From Sinorhizobium meliloti (GTDB lineage: Bacteria; Pseudomonadota; Alphaproteobacteria; Rhizobiales; Rhizobiaceae), in assembly GCF_017876815.1 (NCBI RefSeq), contig NZ_JAGIOS010000001.1:3150001-3182000 (forward strand): a DNA stretch of 32,000 bases. The letters are read 5' to 3'. This document shows, one piece after another, positions 25,815 through 32,000 of this stretch. Under the pieces are notes generated by a model. That model worked only from the letters and a program-made list of their open reading frames with translations, was not told the origin of the DNA and did no database searches. The position numbers and the translations under genes are program-made. Every line of letters starts with the position of its first letter. The first letter of the stretch is position 1.

Positions 25815-26666
25815 ATGACATACGATCCATTTCAGCCTTCTCGCTGGCATTTGGCGCATGGACGCGATCTCGAACTGGGCCCGCGTGGCGTTTTGATGGC
25901 GATCATCAATGTTACACCGGATTCATTTTCCGATGGTGGGCGATTCGCTGATCCTGACGCTGCTGTCAGAGCCGCGCTGCGCGCACTGGAGGCGGGCGCG
26001 GAAATCCTGGATATTGGCGGCGAATCCACGCGCCCGGACGCCAAACCGGTCAGCGCCGACGAGGAACAGGCCCGCATCCTGCCCGTTATCGCGGCGATCG
26101 CGCGGCAGTCCCAGGTCGTCATTTCGGTCGATACTTACCGCGCGGAAACCGCCCGTTTGGCGGTTGACGCCGGCGCCCACATCGTCAACGACGTGTACGG
26201 GCTCCAGCGCGAGCCGGCGATCGCGACCGTGGCGGCCGAAACGGGCGCCGGGCTCTGCATCATGCATACCGGGCGCGACCGGGAGAAACTGAGCGATGTG
26301 ATCGAGGATCAGTTCCATTTCCTGGAACGTTCCCTGCAGATCGCCGCCGACGCCGGCGTAGCGCGGGAAGGGATCGTGCTCGATCCGGGCTTCGGGTTCG
26401 CGAAGGACACGAACGAGAACCTAGAGCTGATGGCACGCTTCCGGGCGTTGCATGAGTTTCGACGGCCGCTTCTCGTCGGAACGTCGCGCAAGCGCTTCGT
26501 CGGCGCGGTGACCGGCCGGGAGGCGGGAGGCCGCGACGTCGGTACCGCCGCGACGACGGCGCTCCTCAGAACTGCCGGCGCTGCTATTTTTCGGGTACAT
26601 GATGTCGCAATCAACAGGGATGCGTTAGCGGTGGCCGATGCTATGCTGGCCGCAAAGAACAGCTGA
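25815..26666 (+). CDS. folP: Dihydropteroate synthase
   Basis: VLMAIINVTPDSFSDGGRF, ILDIGGESTRP, ISVDTY, IVNDV, DPGFGFAK and GTSRKRF are the DHPS motifs. The ATG at 25815 gives 283 aa. Confidence 0.92.
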   Translation: MTYDPFQPSRWHLAHGRDLELGPRGVLMAIINVTPDSFSDGGRFADPDAAVRAALRALEAGAEILDIGGESTRPDAKPVSADEEQARILPVIAAIARQSQVVISVDTYRAETARLAVDAGAHIVNDVYGLQREPAIATVAAETGAGLCIMHTGRDREKLSDVIEDQFHFLERSLQIAADAGVAREGIVLDPGFGFAKDTNENLELMARFRALHEFRRPLLVGTSRKRFVGAVTGREAGGRDVGTAATTALLRTAGAAIFRVHDVAINRDALAVADAMLAAKNS

Positions 26667-26680
26667 CGGGACATGAAGCC

Positions 26681-27052
26681 ATGACTGCGACCTACACGAT
26701 CACACTGAAGAACTGCGCGTTCTTTGCCCGCCATGGCGTGCTCGACGAAGAGGAGTTCCTCGGGCAGCGTTTCTTCGTCGATGCGGAACTCGTGGTCGAT
26801 CAGGGGACGGCGCTTGCCGAGGACTGCATCGACGACACCGTGCATTACGGCATCGCCTTCGCCGAGATCGAGAGGATCGTCACTGGACGCCGGCGTTACC
26901 TGATCGAAGCGCTGGCGCTTGAGGTCGCCAAGACGCTTTGCGCCCGTTTTCGCCAGATTCGCAAAGCGAAAGTCTCCATCCGCAAGCCGAACGCGCCGGT
27001 TCCGGGCATCCTGGACTACGTGGAAGTCACGGTCGAGCATGTCGCCGAATAG
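26681..27052 (+). CDS. folB: Dihydroneopterin aldolase
   Basis: A 123-aa protein with FFARHGVLDEEEFLGQRFFVDAEL...DTVHYG..., positioned between folP and folK. Confidence 0.88.
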   Translation: MTATYTITLKNCAFFARHGVLDEEEFLGQRFFVDAELVVDQGTALAEDCIDDTVHYGIAFAEIERIVTGRRRYLIEALALEVAKTLCARFRQIRKAKVSIRKPNAPVPGILDYVEVTVEHVAE

Positions 27053-27563
27053 GAGCTGGCGGCACGCGATACTCGGTCTCGGCGGCAATCTCGGCGATCC
27101 GCGCCGGTCGATGGCAGAAGCCCTGCGGGCGCTCGACGCGCGGTCCGATTGCCGGGTCGTCGCGGTGTCGCGGCTCTACCGCACCCCGCCATGGGGCAAG
27201 ACGGATCAGGATTGGTTCTTCAACGCCTGTGCGGAAGTCGAGACGACGCTGGATCCGGAGGCATTGCTTGCGGCCTGTCTCGATATCGAACGGGCCATGA
27301 AGCGCGTGAGAATGGAGCGCTGGGGTCCCCGAACCATCGACATCGATCTCCTGACCTTCGGTGACCTCAACAGGGCGAGCGCGACGCTCACGCTGCCTCA
27401 TCCGCGCATGACCGAACGGGGCTTCGTGCTGAAGCCGCTCGCCGACTTTGCGGCAGACCTTGCCGTCGAAGGACGGACAGTCATTGAATGGCTGGGCCGG
27501 GCGGATGTGACGGGCATCGAAGTGGCCGACGAAAGCGTCGAATGGTGGCGCGCGGAGGAATAG
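27039..27563 (+). CDS. folK: 2-amino-4-hydroxy-6-hydroxymethyldihydropteridine diphosphokinase
   Basis: AILGLGGNLGD...YRTPPWG...RWGPRTIDIDLL...LTLPHPRMTERGFVLKPL are the HPPK motifs. The ATG at 27039 overlaps the folB end by 14 nt. Confidence 0.9.
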   Translation: MSPNRSWRHAILGLGGNLGDPRRSMAEALRALDARSDCRVVAVSRLYRTPPWGKTDQDWFFNACAEVETTLDPEALLAACLDIERAMKRVRMERWGPRTIDIDLLTFGDLNRASATLTLPHPRMTERGFVLKPLADFAADLAVEGRTVIEWLGRADVTGIEVADESVEWWRAEE

Positions 27564-27602
27564 GCAGAGAGGCCGTGATCGCGTATCTGTCGGGAAGGGT
27601 GG

Positions 27603-28154
27603 TTACTCGATCGAACCGACGGCGATATCGTCCATCTGCCGGTTGAGGCTCACGCCGATGACCGGGACCATGGTGTCCTCGACCTTCACCGAGATCGTGA
27701 TGTTCATGGTTTCTTCGCCCTGCAGGCGCGCGATCATCGCACCATTGAGCTTTTTGCGGTTGATCCCGACGACCACCTTGTCCTTGGCAACGCTGCCGGA
27801 CACGACATCGAGACCCTTGCCCTCGGCTCCGTCCAGGAACTTTCCAGTGTAGCTGTTGCCCTTCCGGACGATCGTCGCCGACATCGGCTGCTTGAACACC
27901 CCGACGCGGCAGAAACCGTCCAGTTTCAGGCCGGCTTCATTGCCGGGGGCCGCTTCACCGGTGAGATCGCAGGTAAACTTCGTGCCCTTGTACTTGCCGG
28001 CAACGATTTCGCCCGGGCCTTTCCATTGCCCGGCAATCCTGTCGAAGAACGCCTTGTCGCGGGCGCCGGAGAACGCGGGTGTCGCAAGGCCCGCGGCGGC
28101 GACAAGCGCGATAACGGCAACGCCGCGAACAATCGGAGAAGGGCGCGAGAGCAT
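27603..28154 (-). CDS. Secreted hypothetical protein (183 aa)
   Basis: Signal peptide MLSRPSPIVRGVAVIALVAAAGLATPAFSG and high GC3. I recognise no domain. Confidence 0.65.
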   Translation of the reverse strand: MLSRPSPIVRGVAVIALVAAAGLATPAFSGARDKAFFDRIAGQWKGPGEIVAGKYKGTKFTCDLTGEAAPGNEAGLKLDGFCRVGVFKQPMSATIVRKGNSYTGKFLDGAEGKGLDVVSGSVAKDKVVVGINRKKLNGAMIARLQGEETMNITISVKVEDTMVPVIGVSLNRQMDDIAVGSIE

Positions 28155-28207
28155 GAGCAGTCCTTGATGGATCAAGCTGGAAACTGACGCCTACATTGCC
28201 GTGAAAA

Positions 28208-28215
28208 TGGTTAAC
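28208..28215 (-). promoter_or_regulatory. CtrA-type half-site TTAACCAT about 55 nt upstream of the secreted-protein gene
   Basis: The minus strand reads CCGTTAACCATTT (28217-28205), the same 13-mer as at 23158-23170. It has the same orientation as the downstream gene. Confidence 0.4.
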
Positions 28216-28288
28216 GGATGGTTTCATTCCGGCTTCCATGCCGCCTTATCTTGCGAAGAGAGCAGGGCGCCGGCGATGTGATCGACGA

Positions 28289-29368
28289 TCAGCCGGCTGA
28301 GCCCTCGGACCGTGCGGTGCCCGGCGCCAGGTCGCCCAGAAAGTCGCCGATGCTGGGGCGCTTCAGCGCGCGAAACGGCATCGGCCTGCAGAGATCCATC
28401 GCCGCGATCCCGATGCGCGCCGTCATCAGCCCGTTGATCACGCCCTCGCCGAGGCGCGCGGACAGCTTGGATGCCAGGCCGTGGCCGAGGATCTGCTGGA
28501 TCAGGCTGTCGCCGACGGCGATCGAGCCCGTGACGGCGAGATGTGCGATGACATCGCGCATCAGGCGCAGCAGGCCGAGCGTGCCCGGGCGGCCGCCATA
28601 GAGTTCGGCCATGGCACGGATCATCCGCGCGGATTCGTAGATCACGTAGCCGAGGTCCACGAGAGCGCGGGGACTGACGGCAGTCACGATCGACACCCGC
28701 TTCGCGGCGCCAAGAATGATCCGCCGCGCCTCGCGGTCGAGAGGCGCCAGCAATTCACGTTCCGTCAGTTCGATGAGATGGGGTGCATCGATGATGTCGC
28801 CCTCGGTCTCCGCCAAACGGGCACGGCCCTTGGCCGTCCGGGGATTGCCGGCGAGCAGGTGAACGAGCCTGGCGGTCGCAGCGCGCGCGGCTTGCGTCTT
28901 TCCGGATGCGGCGGCCGCGGCGAGATCGGCCTTCAGCGTCTGGACGGCGGTCAGCTGCATCATGCCGAAGACTTCGCGCGCGACCACGATCAGGAAAGCG
29001 ATGACGCCGATCGCCACGACTGCGACAGCTCCATAGCCAAGCCAGTCGGCGCGCGAAAAGAGATCGCGCACGAGCCGGTCGATCCAAAGCCCGACCGCAA
29101 GGGAAATGAGGATGCCGAACGCCCCCGCGGCGATCTTGCCGAAGGAGAGCCGGCGCCGACGCGGCATTGCTTCCGGCAGGTTGAGCGATTCGACAGCCGC
29201 GGTGGTGCCGATGAACGGGTCCTCGGCATCGGGCGTCATGACGACCTTTTCGCTAAAACTCCCCGGTGCGCGCCGCGGCGTCTGTTCCATCTCGCGTTCG
29301 ATGGCCTCCTCGGCTTCCACGGAAAAGGCGGCCGGCCTGCGTCGACGGTCGTTGAAATCATCACTCAT
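28289..29368 (-). CDS. ycjF: YcjF-family membrane protein (UPF0283/DUF697)
   Basis: A charged N-terminus, then two or three transmembrane segments (FGKIAAGAFGILISLAVGLWI, YGAVAVVAIGVIAFLIVVA), then a conserved C-terminal domain. The start overlaps the ycjX stop by 4 nt (ATGA). Confidence 0.8.
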   Translation of the reverse strand: MSDDFNDRRRRPAAFSVEAEEAIEREMEQTPRRAPGSFSEKVVMTPDAEDPFIGTTAAVESLNLPEAMPRRRRLSFGKIAAGAFGILISLAVGLWIDRLVRDLFSRADWLGYGAVAVVAIGVIAFLIVVAREVFGMMQLTAVQTLKADLAAAAASGKTQAARAATARLVHLLAGNPRTAKGRARLAETEGDIIDAPHLIELTERELLAPLDREARRIILGAAKRVSIVTAVSPRALVDLGYVIYESARMIRAMAELYGGRPGTLGLLRLMRDVIAHLAVTGSIAVGDSLIQQILGHGLASKLSARLGEGVINGLMTARIGIAAMDLCRPMPFRALKRPSIGDFLGDLAPGTARSEGSAG

Positions 29369-30864
29369 GCCAGGCGATCTCCGAGCAGGAACTGCATGGC
29401 CCTGTCGAGCCGGATATGCGGCACGGAGAGTTTCAATCCGCCGCGCGTCTCTTCGAGGTGCGGCGGTCGGAAGCGGACGAAATTCAGTTCCGGCATCGCT
29501 TGCTCTGGGGCGGAGGCGGATAGGGCGGATGCGGAGACGCGGTCGACGGCTTCAAAAAGAAGTTCAGGATCTTCCGGTAAGTCTCCTGGAAATATCGCTG
29601 TTTTCTTTTCGCCGTCGAATATCTCGCCATTGATCTTCTCACCGGCGATCGGCGTTCCGACGATCACGGGCAAACGATGGCCATCGTGGTCCACGGTTGC
29701 CTCGCGCGTTGCTCTGACAGATGCGAGCGCCATGACCTCAAGGCCCGCGCCGCTCATTCCTATTCGCTCGGTCGCCCGGCCGACGAGGCGAGCCGTGATG
29801 CGCTCGAGCCGGTCGTGACTTTCGTGGTGCAGGTGATCGGCCTTGGTGGCGGCGATCAGTACGCGGTCGATCTTGCGCGTAACGAACGAGGTCAGCCAGG
29901 AATTGACGCCGGGCCGGAAGCAGGCAAGCACGTCTGCCAGAGCCTGTTCCAGATCCTTCAGCGCCTCCGTGCCGCGGTTGACCGCCTGGAGCGCGTCGAC
30001 AAGCACGATCTGGCGGTCGAGGCGGGCGAAATGTTCGCGGAAGAACGGTTTTACGACATGCGTCTTGTAGGCTTCGTAGCGTCGCTCCATCATCGCCCAG
30101 AGCGAACCTTTTGGGGCGCGGCCCGCCGGCAGGTCGGGGAGCGGCGAGAAGGTCAACGCCGGCGACCCTTCGAGATCGCCCGGCATGAGGAACCGGCCAG
30201 GCGGCAGGGTCGAGAGGGACCGGTCGTCCTCCTTGCAGGCCTTGAGATAGGCGGTGAAACTCTCGGCAAGCCTGCGGGCGCTGCCTTCGTCGGCCGGCGT
30301 CGAAGCTCCGAGCGCGGCGGCAAGTCCCAACCATTCGCTCGACAGTTCGGCGCGCATGCCGGTGCGCGCGCGTTGAACCGTTGCGTCGCTGAACTGCCGG
30401 AAGTCCTGGCTGAGCAGCGGCAGATCGAGCAGCCATTCGCCGGGGTAATCGACGATGTCGATCGACAGCCGCCCGGGAGAGAGCAGGCGGCTCCAGCCGC
30501 TGGCGCTTTCGTAATCGAGCGTGATCCGCAGCTGCGATATGGCCCTGGTCGAATCCGGCCAGGACCGATCCCGAACCAACGCCGCAATGTGATCCTCATA
30601 TTGAAAGCGCGGCACCGCGTCGTCGGGCTGCGGTTCGAGCCGGATCTTGGACACACGGCCCGAGCGGACCGGTTCGAAAACCGGCAGCCGCCCTCCGTTC
30701 AGCAGGTTGTGGACGAGCGACGAGATGAATACGGTTTTGCCGGCCCGCGAAAGGCCAGTGACGCCGAGCCTGACGGACGGGGTGACGAGACCCGCTGCGC
30801 GGTCGGCGAGATTGTCCAGGGCGATCAGCGCGTCGTCTTTGAAGCTGGTGAGAATGGGCGCCAA
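29365..30864 (-). CDS. ycjX: YcjX-family P-loop NTPase (DUF463)
   Basis: VRLGVTGLSRAGKTVFISSLVHNLL aligns with the E. coli YcjX N-terminus (LRLAVTGLSRSGKTAFITSLVNQLL). It is about 499 aa with a TTG start and AAGGGA upstream. Confidence 0.82.
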   Translation of the reverse strand: MAPILTSFKDDALIALDNLADRAAGLVTPSVRLGVTGLSRAGKTVFISSLVHNLLNGGRLPVFEPVRSGRVSKIRLEPQPDDAVPRFQYEDHIAALVRDRSWPDSTRAISQLRITLDYESASGWSRLLSPGRLSIDIVDYPGEWLLDLPLLSQDFRQFSDATVQRARTGMRAELSSEWLGLAAALGASTPADEGSARRLAESFTAYLKACKEDDRSLSTLPPGRFLMPGDLEGSPALTFSPLPDLPAGRAPKGSLWAMMERRYEAYKTHVVKPFFREHFARLDRQIVLVDALQAVNRGTEALKDLEQALADVLACFRPGVNSWLTSFVTRKIDRVLIAATKADHLHHESHDRLERITARLVGRATERIGMSGAGLEVMALASVRATREATVDHDGHRLPVIVGTPIAGEKINGEIFDGEKKTAIFPGDLPEDPELLFEAVDRVSASALSASAPEQAMPELNFVRFRPPHLEETRGGLKLSVPHIRLDRAMQFLLGDRLA

Positions 30865-31032
30865 ATTCTTTCGTCCCTTCGGGAATGATGAGCGGTACGG
30901 TTGATTTGCCGATATCCCAACCGGGGCGCGGGCATCCGCGTAGCGTCTGGAGCGATATAGGAAATGTTTCCGTCAGCGCAACAACGCGAAGCGAATTCGC
31001 CGTTTCCGCAGGCGGAAGCGGCTGGCAAGGCC

Positions 31033-31569
31033 TCATCCTTTCTCGGCTTCTTCAGGGGCGGGAACGAGGAACTTCGAAAGTGTCGCGGTCCATGCTGTTC
31101 CGGCTTTCGGCCGCGCCGCAAAATCGATCACCGCCATTCCGGCCGGCGGATATCCGTCAGCGAGTGCCGCAGCTGCCCGTTCTTCACCCAGAATTCGTCG
31201 AAAGAGCTCCTCCATCATCGGATTGTGCCCGATGATCATCAGCGAGGGTCGGCTCGCATGTGCCTCGACAAGGTCGGCATAGACGGTTGTGGGTCCAGTA
31301 TAGAGTGTGTCGAGGTAACGAATGTCGATATCTTCGCCAAATGCGCGGTATAGCGGTTCGGCCGTCTGCCGGCAGCGGACGGCTGTCGAGCAAAGGATCA
31401 GGTCCGGCCTGATGCGATGGTCGGCTGCGGATTGTGCCGTCAGTTCCGCCTCCGCAAAGCCGATATCGTCGAGTGCGCGATCGAAGTCGCTCTGGCCGGG
31501 CAGAGCCCAGCCCGATCGGGCATGGCGAAGAAGCAGAAGCTGGAAGGCCGGGACGACGCTGTCTTGCAT
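31033..31569 (-). CDS. Histidine phosphatase superfamily protein (SixA-like)
   Basis: LLLLRHARSGW (the RHA/G catalytic motif) plus LMIIGHNP (second His). It is 178 aa from the ATG at 31569. The longer track ORF adds an N-terminus that looks non-coding. Confidence 0.75.
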   Translation of the reverse strand: MQDSVVPAFQLLLLRHARSGWALPGQSDFDRALDDIGFAEAELTAQSAADHRIRPDLILCSTAVRCRQTAEPLYRAFGEDIDIRYLDTLYTGPTTVYADLVEAHASRPSLMIIGHNPMMEELFRRILGEERAAAALADGYPPAGMAVIDFAARPKAGTAWTATLSKFLVPAPEEAEKG

Positions 31570-31882
31570 GTATTCACCCGGTGTTGGAAATCCCCAGGAT
31601 GGAGGCGTCCGTCGTTGCCGACGGCTCGAAACGCCTTGCGGATGCTCCGTTGTCCCGCCGGTCGGCGTAAAGATCAAGCCGCGCTTCGCGGTTTTTTGAT
31701 CCGGCGGGCCCATTGAACCGACGCCCGTCGCGCACCAAATGTCGCAATCCGAAACGCCGCCGTGCTCGCCCATGGAACGTCAAACGGCTGGCGCCGTGGG
31801 CGGTGAGCGGTGTTTCGGCGTTAAAGACTTTGCGTGTAATTGTGATGAAATATTAGCCGGTTAGCCTGCGATGCGGGCAGTG

Positions 31883-31897
31883 TTAAAATGCAGTTAA
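31883..31897 (+). promoter_or_regulatory. Full CtrA-type box TTAA-N7-TTAA (TTAAAATGCAGTTAAG) about 80 nt upstream of the last gene start
   Basis: Read directly from an AT-richer intergenic region. The canonical motif is TTAA-N7-TTAAC; here the last base is G. Confidence 0.35.
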
Positions 31898-31976
31898 GCA
31901 CTGATTACAAGGCTTGAATCAGAGCTTCCATAGGTCTATACACCGCCGCAATGAGATGTTCTTCAGGAGAATCGCG

Positions 31977-32000
31977 TTGAGTGAGAAGATCGATCTTAGT
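31977..32000 (+). CDS. Start of an unidentified gene (runs off the window)
   Basis: AGGAG at 31966-31970 is followed 6 nt later by a TTG, and the frame is open to the window end (MSEKIDLS). Eight codons are too few to identify it. Confidence 0.3.

Overview
This is a GC-rich alphaproteobacterial chromosomal segment. Gene content and intergenic repeat families look Rhizobiaceae, Sinorhizobium/Ensifer-like; that assignment is an inference from memory, not a search. It is mostly core housekeeping DNA. Left to right:
- A Mla/MCE-type lipid-transport module: ATPase (5'-truncated by the window edge), an MCE protein with a long helical tail, and a PqiC-like lipoprotein.
- A small, lower-GC toxin-antitoxin insertion whose toxin appears frameshifted.
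- A BON-domain gene and hemF, a small conserved ORF, and an MFS transporter.
- soxR with a textbook SoxR box and 19-bp-spacer promoter driving an FMN reductase, then trmL.
- Two tandem fused ABC exporters and the cytochrome bc1 operon (petABC).
- A roughly 700-bp nest of palindromic intergenic repeats.
- A giant 2,089-codon membrane-anchored coiled-coil gene that I recognise as GPR/RgsE-like (growth-pole ring protein).
- An orphan Hpt phosphotransfer gene bracketed by repeat elements, and a 2Fe-2S ferredoxin.
- An AT-richer gap containing a candidate anti-Shine-Dalgarno sRNA, then a DUF922 HExxH protein and folP-folB-folK.
- A secreted protein of unknown function, ycjF/ycjX homologues, and a SixA-like phosphatase.

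I see no rRNA, tRNA, CRISPR array, transposase or recognisable defence island. The items most worth follow-up are the giant polar-growth-type gene with its internal tandem duplications, its divergent Hpt neighbour, the CtrA-type motifs (TTAACCAT and TTAA-N7-TTAA) in three promoter regions, the candidate sRNA, and the frameshifted toxin fused in frame to its antitoxin. Nothing here convincingly amounts to a wholly new multi-gene system. All homology calls come from reading the translations, not from database searches.
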